Shown here piece by piece: positions 32,855 to 43,128 of a stretch of DNA of 64,000 nt. Below the pieces are notes generated by a model. It did no database searches, had not been told where the DNA came from, and was given only the letters and a program-made list of their open reading frames with translations. The stretch spans positions 124,001-188,000 of the forward strand of contig OZ025717.1 in assembly GCA_964019335.1 (NCBI GenBank), read 5' to 3'. Made by a program: the position numbers and the translations under genes. Within the stretch, counting starts at the first letter, position 1, and each line of letters opens with the position of its first letter. The DNA comes from Diplonema japonicum. Lineage: Eukaryota > Protista > Euglenozoa: Diplonemea.

Positions 32855-34045
32855 TCACAGAGACGGCTGGGGGGTGAGCTTCAGGAACGAGGTACCGTGG
32901 GAAGGAACCTCTGCGGTGTAGGATCCCTTGTAGAAACCAAGATCGGTGTGGGTCCAGATGTCACGGAGGGAAACGGCAGTGGTGATGCCAATGGTACTGA
33001 AGGTGATAGTGATGTTGGCGGCGGCTGCGCTGGGGTTGAACAACCCTGCAGCAAAGGTACCATTTACAAGCTCCCTGGCCCAAACCTCACCGGTGGGAGA
33101 GGCAGACCTCCTGTAGCCCATCTTGCCCATGGGGTCCTGGTTCACTGCGACGGCCTCCTTGTTCAAAAGGATGGCCTTGTGGGCATCAGGCACAATTCGG
33201 AGGTCGTTCCCCATGATAAGGGGTGCTGCGGAAATAGACCAGATGGCCATCTGCGTCCTCGCCTCATCTACAGTGATACAGGTGTTTCCGATGAGCAGCA
33301 TGTCGGGGTCGTTCCAGTGCCCGGGACCAGCGTACTGAGCAAGAAACTCACCGTAGGTACCCCAGTGCTCGATAATTCCGGATAGGGACCCCCAGTTGCA
33401 CTGGATGTCGGCCCAGTTCCTCCACAAGTTGCAGTGCGACTCGATCATGGCGGGGTACGGCTTTGTGGTTTCGTTGTTCCCAAGGTACGCAGGCCACGAG
33501 CAGCTGTACACGATGTCCCTTCCAGACTCAACAAGGGAAGCCCCCATCAAGGGGTATCCGGTTGGGTAGTATTCGCCGTACCCACACCCATCCACCTTAA
33601 GGTAGTCAACGCCCCACTCCGCGAAGGTCTGCGCATCGATGCTTTCGAACCCCATGGAGGCAGGGTATCCCGCGCATGTTGTCGGAGACTCGGCGGTGTA
33701 GATGGCGAACTGCACGTTCTTCGCGTGCATGTAGTCACCCAGTGCTTTGAAGCCCGACGGAAACCTCCCGGTGTCGGGGACCAGCTTGTTCTGCGCGTCA
33801 CGCTTGGGAGTCTTTTGCATCCAACAGTCATCCAAATGAATCCCGTTGTACCCCGCCGCCAGGTACCCTCCTGCCACGAGCTCGTCAGTCATCGTCTTGT
33901 ACAGGAACTCATTGATGCATGACTCATTGTGGCTCACACAGTCAATCTCGCACCTAAAAATCTCCCAACTCATCCAACCCATCGGCGGTGTGGGTGCCAG
34001 ATCCTTTGCACCCAAGCACGCTGCTACCAAAATCGCGCCCAGCAT
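32855..34045 (-). CDS. GH27 alpha-N-acetylgalactosaminidase / alpha-galactosidase
   Basis: Signal peptide, TPPMGWMSW, LDDCW, DYLKVDGC, SCSWP, CNLWRNWADI, WNDPDML. Confidence 0.95.
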   Translation of the reverse strand: MLGAILVAACLGAKDLAPTPPMGWMSWEIFRCEIDCVSHNESCINEFLYKTMTDELVAGGYLAAGYNGIHLDDCWMQKTPKRDAQNKLVPDTGRFPSGFKALGDYMHAKNVQFAIYTAESPTTCAGYPASMGFESIDAQTFAEWGVDYLKVDGCGYGEYYPTGYPLMGASLVESGRDIVYSCSWPAYLGNNETTKPYPAMIESHCNLWRNWADIQCNWGSLSGIIEHWGTYGEFLAQYAGPGHWNDPDMLLIGNTCITVDEARTQMAIWSISAAPLIMGNDLRIVPDAHKAILLNKEAVAVNQDPMGKMGYRRSASPTGEVWARELVNGTFAAGLFNPSAAAANITITFSTIGITTAVSLRDIWTHTDLGFYKGSYTAEVPSHGTSFLKLTPQPSL

Positions 34046-34372
34046 TTTTTTCTTTTTTCTCTCTCTTTTTCTTCTGTAATAGCTATGGCCTTGATGGGTG
34101 GCTCGTTTCGAATAATAATAATAAAAAGAAGGGAAACCCGTCCGCCAAATGTACCCTCTTGTTTTGATCTGTCATCTCCAGTGCTCGTCCTTCCAAAGGG
34201 ACACCGACTGGTAATTTGTGTATCATAAAGAAGGATAAATGGAACTCCGGACAAGGGTAAAAAGAGAAAACAACAGTAAGGGAGGAATAAAATTCAAATC
34301 AAGAAACAAATGGAAAGCATGCTTGGCATCACCCAGAGACAGATTGCTGGTAAATACTTCATGTTGCAGCTT

Positions 34373-35008
34373 TCAGAGACCGAGAGCGGTGTTCGCACCA
34401 GCGAAGGACTCCTTGTAGCCCTTGACATCTGAGGTGAGCCTCTCGAGGTACTTCAGGATGTTGGGGTAAGGGGCGAGGGTCTCGGGACCCACCCAAGCCA
34501 GTTGGTCCACCTCGGGGGCGAACAGGAAGTCGGCAAGGGTGAGCTTGTCACCAAGGAGGTAATTCTGCTTCCCGAGCGTCTCATTGTAGGACTCAAGCTG
34601 CGGCTTGATGACAACGAGGCCCGCCTGCGTCTTCTCAGCGTCCTTCGCAAAGAGGTGCGCGAAGATCACCTCAGTGGAGAACTTCCTCACCTGCGAGTAG
34701 TGGCGTCCGAAGTACTCGTTCAGCCTCGCCTCCTCCTTCGGGCACCCTGGCGTCATCGTCTTGTCCCCTTGCGCCACGTGCTTCAGAACCGCCAATGATT
34801 CCGCAAAGCAGAACCCGTCTTCCATCTCGAACCCAGGCACCTGGTGCTGCGGGAACTTCGCAATGTACTCCGCTTTCTTCTGTTCCCCGCCCAGCACATC
34901 CACCACCTTCCTCTCCACAGCAGTGTTGTTGCTGTAGTCCAGGTACCACTGCACAGAGCGGCAGGGCTGCGAAACAGGGTGGCCGTACAGGATACCGGTG
35001 GCGGGCAT
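34373..35008 (-). CDS. Glutathione S-transferase, theta-like (copy B)
   Basis: Near-identical paralog of 31581-32216. Confidence 0.93.
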   Translation of the reverse strand: MPATGILYGHPVSQPCRSVQWYLDYSNNTAVERKVVDVLGGEQKKAEYIAKFPQHQVPGFEMEDGFCFAESLAVLKHVAQGDKTMTPGCPKEEARLNEYFGRHYSQVRKFSTEVIFAHLFAKDAEKTQAGLVVIKPQLESYNETLGKQNYLLGDKLTLADFLFAPEVDQLAWVGPETLAPYPNILKYLERLTSDVKGYKESFAGANTALGL

Positions 35009-35624
35009 TTTGTTTAGTTTTAAGGTGCGTGTTCTTTTATCTATGAAATCATTGTTGTTGGTGGTGGTGACTGGGGGGAGCAAACGAATACGCAAACAAT
35101 GGGATGGGGTGGGGGGAGGACAAGCTACGTTTTTAATCACATCACAGGGAAAAGAAAAAAAGAAAAAAGATAAAAGACAATCCTATAAAAAAAGGGGGGG
35201 GGGGACAGCAACCGAAAGGAGAACAAGGCCGAGACGTGAGAGGTTGCCTCTCTTGTCTCGCCTCCACTGCTGGCAAAATCAAAATACGAGTTTACACGTG
35301 ACATTCTTACCGCATAAAAAGAGAACAAAAGCACTCTGTTCCATCACAGGGGAAAGGGGGGGGAGAAAGAAAATGAAACACAAAGAAATACAAAAAAAAA
35401 AAACCACAACAGACAGCAAAAGAGGAAAACAAAGCGGGCGAGACGTGAGGAGGCTTCTCTTGTCTTGCCGGTACCACGTCTCCTCTGGCTGGCTGTTTGT
35501 TTCTTTTTTTTCTCTTTTTTTTTTTTGGAAAATATGGAGACATGTCTACCGTTCTGAAATAAAGAAAAGACGTTGTTGGTTGTTCTTTTTTTAGTTATGT
35601 ATTTGTTATTATTATTAGCTCCTT

Positions 35625-36980
35625 TCAAAGACCCGGCCAGTTCCCTGTGGTAGGGTCGCACTTGGTGTAGACGGGAGCGGGACCCCACCTCCAGGTAGGT
35701 TTGATGATGTCGTTGAGGTTGGCGGCGAGCTCGGGGGCGAGCTTGGTGCCGTTGGGGTTGGTGGTGGGGCTCGGGTTCACGGACCACACGAAGGCCCCCA
35801 GGAAGCCGTTCTGCTTGGCGTAGGTGGCGATTTCCTTGTCGGCGGCCATCCCCTCCCACACGCCGCCCGCCGCCTGCTCGCCGGGCTCGAAGCCGATGTT
35901 GATCTTCTCCTTCGGGACCTTCCCGTAGGTCACGAAGTTGTTCATGATGGTCGTGAAGTTCAGCTGCAGCGCCCCTGCAGGGGTCCCCGCGTCGTAGGCC
36001 ATGATGTTCGCGGTGTCGAAGCTCGCCCCCGACTGCGGCCAGATCTTCGCCCCTTCGTTGTCCGTCGCGAAGGTCTGGTTCGGGCGCGAGCTCCCCGGGA
36101 GCAGGTAGTTCCAAGGGTTCCCTGCGGGGAGGAAGGCGTTGAAGCGCGTCGTCCACGACACCTCCAGGTGGTCCGGCCCGTTCTTCCCCACCTCGTCCAT
36201 GAAGTTCATGTTGGTCTGGTAGTAGGGCTTCATGTCGGCCTGCTGCCACGGCTGCAGGGCGTTGTACTCCGCCTCCAGCTGCTGCTTCCTCGTCGCCGCG
36301 AAGCTGCTCCACTGCGGCTTCACGTTGCTGTCCAGCTCCTCCCGCAGGGCCGCCACCAGCGCGTTGTACGCCGCGAACTCGTCGTCCCCGTTGATCGTCG
36401 CGAACGGCGTCAGGTGCTCGAAGTCCAGGTCCACCCCGTCCGCGAAGGTCCACAGCACCAGCTTCCCCATCAGCTTCGCGATCGAGCGCGCGTTCTGAAC
36501 GCTCCCCACCCGCGCGAAGTCGCTCCACCCGCCGAGCGAGATCTTGAACCTCTTCGGCCCGTCGGGGTGCATCTTCGCCATCCGCGACGACTCCGCGATC
36601 GACACGATCCCAGGGGTCGCCGCCGACGTCGACGGGGTGATCGCCGCCGCCCCGTTCTTCGACGCCGCCGCCAGGTAGATCGCCTTCCCGTCCCACACGG
36701 GGCACGGCCCTGAGGCCCCGCCAGAAGTCCCGTTCGGAGCGTTGCTGCAGCTCACCTGCGACGGTGTCGGGTTCTCCGTCAGGAAGGTGAACCCGTAGTT
36801 CACGCTCGAGTACGGCTTCAGCGACGTGATGTACGGCTGGGGTTCGAAGCACCCCATCAGGCAGTTCCCGGGGATGTTGTTGTCCCACCACTTCACGTTC
36901 ACCCAGTCCTCAAGGTACCCCAGCAGCTCGTTCCCGCTGCACACTCCTGCAAGCAGCAGCACAAGGAGAAGCGTCTTCAT
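35625..36980 (-). CDS. Secreted GH18 chitinase-like glycoside hydrolase
   Basis: Signal peptide, KISLGGW, catalytic DGVDLDFE, NIMAYD, GAFVW. Confidence 0.88.
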   Translation of the reverse strand: MKTLLLVLLLAGVCSGNELLGYLEDWVNVKWWDNNIPGNCLMGCFEPQPYITSLKPYSSVNYGFTFLTENPTPSQVSCSNAPNGTSGGASGPCPVWDGKAIYLAAASKNGAAAITPSTSAATPGIVSIAESSRMAKMHPDGPKRFKISLGGWSDFARVGSVQNARSIAKLMGKLVLWTFADGVDLDFEHLTPFATINGDDEFAAYNALVAALREELDSNVKPQWSSFAATRKQQLEAEYNALQPWQQADMKPYYQTNMNFMDEVGKNGPDHLEVSWTTRFNAFLPAGNPWNYLLPGSSRPNQTFATDNEGAKIWPQSGASFDTANIMAYDAGTPAGALQLNFTTIMNNFVTYGKVPKEKINIGFEPGEQAAGGVWEGMAADKEIATYAKQNGFLGAFVWSVNPSPTTNPNGTKLAPELAANLNDIIKPTWRWGPAPVYTKCDPTTGNWPGL

Positions 36981-37770
36981 TTTGATGGTGTTGTTGTTGT
37001 GAGCGCACTGTCGATGCTGTTGTTGTGTTGCGCAGGGAAGGGACGAGGGGTGCTCAAATGAAATAGCTTGAAGAAAGTGTAATGCGACGAAGTGATGTCT
37101 TTCTCGTTCATTAAAAAGAAAAAGCAAAAGAAAATCGCGCGAATAAGGGAGAGGAGGGAGGGAGGGATGTAAAAAAAAGAGAGGCAAACAATTAGAGTTT
37201 CTGTTCTCTTTCTTTCCTTTTTATTACATTCTTCTTCTTCTTCTTCTTGTTCGTGCTATTTCTAACCTTTCATTCTTCCCTGGAAGGGGCTCCATCTAGC
37301 TCAGAAGATTCAATCTTAATCCCATTTGCACCAGGTGTTGGAAGAAAATGAGAAGAGGAAGAAAAACAAAGAAGGCAAAGAAGAAAGGGCTAAAAGGACA
37401 GAAGAGGGGGAGGGGGGGGGGGGGGGGGGGGACTTAAAAGTGCTCCACAGAAAGGGGTACTTTTAAAAGAAAACGCAAAAAAAACCAAAAGAAAAGAAAA
37501 ACAAAACCAATCGTGGCGCTCGTGTTAGTTGTGCACAGCAGCACCTTTAAGGTATGCAGACCATGCTTCCAACGAATAGTTTAGCAGAGTCATAGAAAAA
37601 GAGGGAGAGGGAAAGAAAAATGGAGAGAGCGCGAATACCGGCAAAAGGCGGAACAAGGAGGGCATTTATCGTGTCGAATACCTTTCCTTGTCTCTTAACC
37701 ACTGCTTTGTTGTTTTTTTTTTCCCTCTCACCCTCGATTCTTTCTTTTTTCTTTTTTTAAAATTATTGTT

Positions 37771-38796
37771 TCAAAGACACACACACGGCCTGTTCGGCCC
37801 TGTGGTGCCTGGTTTCACATTGTTCTTGGCAGGACACCAGTCCTCTCCCACATTTTGGGAGGTGGAGAAGACCGCGACGTGAGGGGCATCTGTGGAGACA
37901 GGGATGTCGAGGGTCTCGCCTGCTTGGAGGGTTTTGTGGAAGACGGTCATGGTCTGGGTCTGCGAGGAGCCTGCGGGGGTGAAGATGGGGGCGCACGAGG
38001 AACCCCTCCAGGACTGCGAGAGGAGGAAGCCGGGGATCCCACCGTTCTTCCCGCGGGAGCAAGGGGGGCAGTGGTACACCGCAACGAAGAAGTTGCAGGC
38101 TTCACCCTTCTGAGCACAGCACTCCAGCTTGATCTCGTCACCGGGGGCAAGAGGAGGCAAGCTGTACACAGCAGCGGCCTCCAGGACCCCGGGAGGGTTC
38201 GCGAGCGTCCTCTCCGCGGACACCGCCTTCCTGTCCACGAACGATGAGGGTGGGTGCCTCGTCTCCGTCCCGCTCTTCACAGTCGTCGCCCCACCGCACG
38301 TCGTGCAGCAGTCCGCCCTGCCCCTGATCAGGAAGGGGTTGACCCCCGGGTTCAGCTCCCTGCAGTTGTTTCTCCCGCACACCAGACCATCCCCGCACTC
38401 CGAGTCGTAGTCGCAGTCCCCTTCGCCGTGCTTGCACCCAGGGTTCAGGAAGCAGTAGTTGCGGTGGAAGGGCTGCATGTTCTCGCAGCAGTCGTATGAC
38501 CTGCGGTACACGTGATCCATACCAGGGTGCATCTCCCTGCAGTTATTGTACCCGCACACCAGGTCCCCCTTGCACTCCCGGTCCCTGTCGCAGTCACCGC
38601 CCCCATGCCCACAGGGCCCGTTCTTGCAGTAGTGTCTGTTCCCCGGCGACCCGAAGGTCAACCCTTGGACCACGGGTTCCGCATCCTCCTCCGTTTCCTC
38701 TTCGGTGCGGTCCCATTCATCCCCAGGCTGCTCCCCCTCGATGGCCCCCATCGAAGCAACCGCCATCGTCACCACCACCAGGGCAAGTGTCTTCAT
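37771..38796 (-). CDS. Secreted Cys-rich protein
   Basis: Signal peptide; two YC...C.HG.GDCD.D.EC...LVCG.NNC repeats; C-terminal domain with HCPPCS..NGG.P..L...W...SCAP.F. Confidence 0.8.
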   Translation of the reverse strand: MKTLALVVVTMAVASMGAIEGEQPGDEWDRTEEETEEDAEPVVQGLTFGSPGNRHYCKNGPCGHGGGDCDRDRECKGDLVCGYNNCREMHPGMDHVYRRSYDCCENMQPFHRNYCFLNPGCKHGEGDCDYDSECGDGLVCGRNNCRELNPGVNPFLIRGRADCCTTCGGATTVKSGTETRHPPSSFVDRKAVSAERTLANPPGVLEAAAVYSLPPLAPGDEIKLECCAQKGEACNFFVAVYHCPPCSRGKNGGIPGFLLSQSWRGSSCAPIFTPAGSSQTQTMTVFHKTLQAGETLDIPVSTDAPHVAVFSTSQNVGEDWCPAKNNVKPGTTGPNRPCVCL

Positions 38797-39401
38797 TATT
38801 TCTTCTTTTTTTTTTTTGTTGTTGTAAGCTGTATATGTGTGTGCACAGCAGGCGTGATCAAAAGCAGAAGAAGAAAGAAGAAAACCCTTACGATCGGCGA
38901 CACCCATGAGATGGTTGCTGCTGTCGTTGGTTCTGTGGGTTCCCCACAAGGACACCGTCAAGGAAACCGCAGGCTTCTTGGTGCGTTGGAAATGAGGGGA
39001 AAACAAAAAAAGAAAACTAACAAGAAGTGAGAGGGAATGTAGATCCTTTGAATCGGCATCCTTACACGAGGACGCCTTCTCTAAAGAAGCAGCTAGAAGG
39101 GAAGGTGTTTACTGAATTATTTTCGCTTTCATTTTTTCTTTAAATTGCATTTTTTTATCATCTTGAGGTGTTTCAATTAGGAAGCGTTAGGGAGCCTTTG
39201 TGGCTCGCCACTTCCAATTCGTTTCATTTTAGTTTTCATTTTTATCTTCCATTTTCGAGGGTTCATTTCCTCCGAGAGACACAAATTCTTGTGTCTACAT
39301 TTTCAAAAAAAAAAAAAAATAGAATCTTCCCTACCAAAAACGCCAGGATAGAAACCCTCAGGGTTTTAGTGTTTGTATTCTTCTTGCTCTCAAAGGTACC
39401 A

Positions 39402-40064
39402 TCACGCCTTGTACGCAGCGTGGACCCCTGTCGCATCCTTGTAGTAGGCCTTCACTTGGGGGATGTTAGCAACCATCTTGGCGTGCTTTGTGATGTGTGT
39501 GTACGTGTCGAGGCAGTCTTTGGGGAGCCCGTCGAGCCAGCCTGACTTCAGGGGCTGCAGCCAGGTGAAGGCGCAGATGTCTGCGAGGGTGAGGGAGTCT
39601 CCAACGGCGAACCCAGACGAGGACTTCGCGAGAAGGGAATCCACGAAGGCGAACCACTTCGTGAGGTCGCCCCCCTCCGCCACTAGGGCCGCACGCGCAG
39701 CGCTCTTCTCCGCCTCGTCCGCGATCGCGAAGGTCTTCCCCAAGGGCCCGAACACCTCCCCCACAATGTCGCAGAACTCATCCACCTTCAACGCCATCAC
39801 CGCCTCTTGAGGGTACAGCGGCTTCCCTCCCACGGACGACACCTTTCCTGCGTACCGCATGATGGCCCCGCTCTGTCCAATCACCTCGTCGTCCACCTTC
39901 AACAGCGGCAGCTGCCTCGGTGCAACCTCAGGCTTGATCTTCGCCCCCCATTCCTCCCCAGTCACCTTCTCATCCTCGAACGCGATGCCCCCCACTGCAA
40001 GCGCCAGTCGCGCAGGCTCCGCACGACCAGGAAGCGCGAAGTACACAATCTTGATGGCAGGCAT
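39402..40064 (-). CDS. Glutathione S-transferase, sigma-like
   Basis: YFALPGRAEPARL, QLPLL, QSGAIMRY, GDSLTLAD. Confidence 0.93.
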   Translation of the reverse strand: MPAIKIVYFALPGRAEPARLALAVGGIAFEDEKVTGEEWGAKIKPEVAPRQLPLLKVDDEVIGQSGAIMRYAGKVSSVGGKPLYPQEAVMALKVDEFCDIVGEVFGPLGKTFAIADEAEKSAARAALVAEGGDLTKWFAFVDSLLAKSSSGFAVGDSLTLADICAFTWLQPLKSGWLDGLPKDCLDTYTHITKHAKMVANIPQVKAYYKDATGVHAAYKA

Positions 40065-40119
40065 TGTGGTGTGGTGTGTGGTGTGTGGTGTGGTGTGTGG
40101 TGTGGTGTGGTGTGTGGTG
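40065..40119. repeat. GTGGT/GTGT microsatellite forming the 5' leader of the sigma GST
   Basis: Imperfect (GTGGT/GTGTGGT)n array abutting the start codon; it reads CA-rich on the mRNA strand. Confidence 0.85.
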
Positions 40120-40863
40120 CTGTAGGTGGGTGTTTTTCTTTTTCATGTGTGCAGTATGTTTCCGACTCAAAAAAACTGTAAAAGATTTAAAAGGAAACCA
40201 AGGGAGGTAGTTGAAAAAAAGGGGGAAATTAAGTTCGAACGAGAAAAAAAAAGAATAGACAAGTTTTTCTTTGTTTGTGTGCAACAGTTACAAATCCTTA
40301 CCGCATAACGCTGCCCAACATTCTTTTTTTATAACTACAAGAACAAGTGTCTTTGTTCATCATTCAAAAAAAAAAAAAAAGAAAATAAGTGGAAAAAGAA
40401 AGTGATTGAAAGTACGAGGGGAAGGGAGCAGCCGTCTTGCGCGGTACTCGACCGTTGGTCGGGCAACACCTCGTGTCCTGTGCGTGCGACTCGACCGTGA
40501 TCTCTCCGAACAAAAGGCAGCCACAGAGGCGGCCTGGGAAAGGCACGAGAGGGCAACGCAAGCCAGACAGAGGAGCTGTTCCAAACATGTGTTGGGCCCA
40601 AGGCAACGGGAGCACCTGCTGCGGAGACGGCATCAAGGGGCAGGTTGTTGGCAAAGCCAGGCCTGGAAAATTGTGAAAAAATTAATTAGAAAAGAAAAAG
40701 AAAGAAGGAAGGAAGGGGAAAAGATGAGTCCCCCTTTTGTTTTCATTGTTCGTATTTGAGTACATGTCCTGCTTCACTTCTTAAATGGCGAGAGGGAGAG
40801 CGAGAGAGAGAGAGTGTGTGTGTGGTTGTACTTTTTGGCAGCCACAAGAATCGGAGCTTCTTC

Positions 40864-43128
40864 TCAGGCACTGATGCGGCTCTCGCGGAGCTTGTGGGCG
40901 GCGGCGACCATGTTCTTGAGGGAGGGGATGACCTCGTCCCACTTCCTGGTCTTCAGGCCGCAGTCGGGGTTCACCCAGGTCCTGGAAGGGGGAAGGAGGA
41001 GAAGGAGGCCTTGGAGGCGGGCCGCCATGTCGTCCATAGTGGGGACCACCGGGGAGTGGATGTCGTAGACCCCTGCGCCAAGGTCGCGGGCATAGCCATA
41101 GGAGGAGAGGGCTGCCACCATCTCCCCTGCGCTCCTGGAGTTCTCAATGGTGAGGACGTCGGCATCCATCCCGTCGATCCTCCCGATGATGTCCTCGAAG
41201 GTGGAGTAGCACATGTGCGTCACCACCTGCGTCGAGGGGCGCGCCCCGCAGGTCGACAGCCTGAAACACGCCACCGCCCACTCCAGGTACTTCTCGCTCT
41301 CCTCCTTCTTCAGCGGCATCCTCTCCCGAAGGGCCGCCTCGTCCACCTGCACCACCCTGCACCCTGCCGCTTCCAGGTCCGCCACCTCCTCCCTCACAGC
41401 GAGCGCCACCTCCACTGCCTGCTCCGCACGCGGCACGTCCACCCTGCAGAATGACCAGTTCAGGATCGTCACGGGGCCCGTCAGCATCCCCTTCACGGGC
41501 ACCGCCCCGCTCGCCTTCTGGCACACAGCGAACTCCCGCACCGTCATTGCCGCCCCTCCCTTCCGAACCACCGCCCCGTGGATCACAGGGGGACGCACAT
41601 ACCGAGACCCGTACGACTGCACCCACCCGTGCCTCGTCAGCAGCATCCCATCCAGCTTCTGCGCGAAATACTCCACCATGTCGCTCCTCTCAGCCTCCCC
41701 GTGCACGAACACGTCCAGCCCGATCTCCTTCTGGATCCCCACCACCCTCTCGATCTCCTTGTCGATCTGCTCCTCGTACGCAGCCTTCCCCACCTTCCCC
41801 TCCTTCCACTCCCGTCGCAGCTTTCGGATCTCTGCCGTCTGAGGGAACGACCCGATCGTCGTCGTCGGGAAGTCCGGAAGCTCCGCCAGCTGCTTCCCCC
41901 TGCGCTCCTTGAAGGGCTCGCTACGGGTGTACATCTCGGGGGTTACCCCCTTCGCTCCCTCCACTCCGCTGAGGTTGTCCTCCCCGATCCATGTTGCGGC
42001 AGTAGAAGAGGAATCGGATGAGGCGAGCTTCGTCAGAACCTCGAGCTTCTGCTTCGCGAACGCAAGCTTCGCCCTCACCTCCGCAGGGATGCTCCCCTCC
42101 TCCTCATGGTCCAGGTCGTAGGGAACGAACTGCAGGGAGCAGGAGGGAGCAACCACCACCCTCGCGTCGTCCTGCACCGCCTTCCGGATCCTCTGCAGGA
42201 TGCCCCCCGCCGCGGCCTCATTCCTCCACACGTTGCGCCCGTCGACCACCCCGGCACCGAGCTCCTTCGTCGCGGGGAAGCCCTTCTCCTCCACAATCTC
42301 CACCATCGCCTTGCTCCTGCAGAAGTCGAGCGTCACGCGCTTCACGGGGAGCTCCACCACGTAGCTGTAGACAGCAGGGCTCAGGGAGTCGAAGTGCACG
42401 CACAGGTTCACAGCAGGCCCGCCGCACCCGCCGAGCTCCTTGTAAGCGGCCGTTGTAAGGGAGCGCACCTCCTCCGTCTCCGCGTCGCTCATCACCAGCC
42501 ACGGCTCGTGCAGCTGCACCTCCTTCACCCCCGCCCTGCTCAGCTCCCCCAGCAGCTCCTTGTACAAGGGCACCAGATCCTTCACCAGAGCCGCAGCCGT
42601 CCTCCCTTCCGCGTACTTGCAGAGCTTTCCGAGGGTCACAGGCCCCAGCACGATCGGGACCACCGCATCCGCCTTCGCCGCCTTGCTGCGGAGGAGCTGC
42701 ACGTGCGCCAAAAAGGGAGCGAAGTTCCCGCGGGGGACCGTGTCCGCCACCACCTCGGGCACCATGTAGTGGTAGTTCGAGTCGAAGTACTTTGTCATGT
42801 CCAGCGCGGGGATCCCGTCCCGGCCCCTCGCCTGCGTGAAGTAGGCGTCCAGCCCACCCAACCCCGCCTCCCTCACCCTCTTGCAGGTCAGCCCGAAGCG
42901 CTCGCTCCAGTCAAGCACGTGGTCGTACAGCGTGTGGTCCCCGACCCCGATCAGGCCCACCCCCGCAGCCTCCTGGTCCTGCAGGCTCTGCAGCGCCACC
43001 TTGTCGCTCACCTCCAGCAGCTCCGACTCTGTGATCTTCTTCCCCCAGTACTTCTCAAGCGCCATCTTCATCTCGCGCTTCGGTCCCGTGCGGGGGAAGC
43101 CAACAGTGGTCGTCCTCAGGTGCACCAT
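40864..43128 (-). CDS. METE: Cobalamin-independent methionine synthase
   Basis: GFPRTGPKRE, MTKYFDSNYHY, PTTTIGSFPQT, HGEAERSDMVEYF, WVQSYGSR, KGMLTGPVT; Zn ligands THMC and NPDCGLKTR. Start MVHLRT at 43128. Confidence 0.97.
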   Translation of the reverse strand: MVHLRTTTVGFPRTGPKREMKMALEKYWGKKITESELLEVSDKVALQSLQDQEAAGVGLIGVGDHTLYDHVLDWSERFGLTCKRVREAGLGGLDAYFTQARGRDGIPALDMTKYFDSNYHYMVPEVVADTVPRGNFAPFLAHVQLLRSKAAKADAVVPIVLGPVTLGKLCKYAEGRTAAALVKDLVPLYKELLGELSRAGVKEVQLHEPWLVMSDAETEEVRSLTTAAYKELGGCGGPAVNLCVHFDSLSPAVYSYVVELPVKRVTLDFCRSKAMVEIVEEKGFPATKELGAGVVDGRNVWRNEAAAGGILQRIRKAVQDDARVVVAPSCSLQFVPYDLDHEEEGSIPAEVRAKLAFAKQKLEVLTKLASSDSSSTAATWIGEDNLSGVEGAKGVTPEMYTRSEPFKERRGKQLAELPDFPTTTIGSFPQTAEIRKLRREWKEGKVGKAAYEEQIDKEIERVVGIQKEIGLDVFVHGEAERSDMVEYFAQKLDGMLLTRHGWVQSYGSRYVRPPVIHGAVVRKGGAAMTVREFAVCQKASGAVPVKGMLTGPVTILNWSFCRVDVPRAEQAVEVALAVREEVADLEAAGCRVVQVDEAALRERMPLKKEESEKYLEWAVACFRLSTCGARPSTQVVTHMCYSTFEDIIGRIDGMDADVLTIENSRSAGEMVAALSSYGYARDLGAGVYDIHSPVVPTMDDMAARLQGLLLLLPPSRTWVNPDCGLKTRKWDEVIPSLKNMVAAAHKLRESRISA

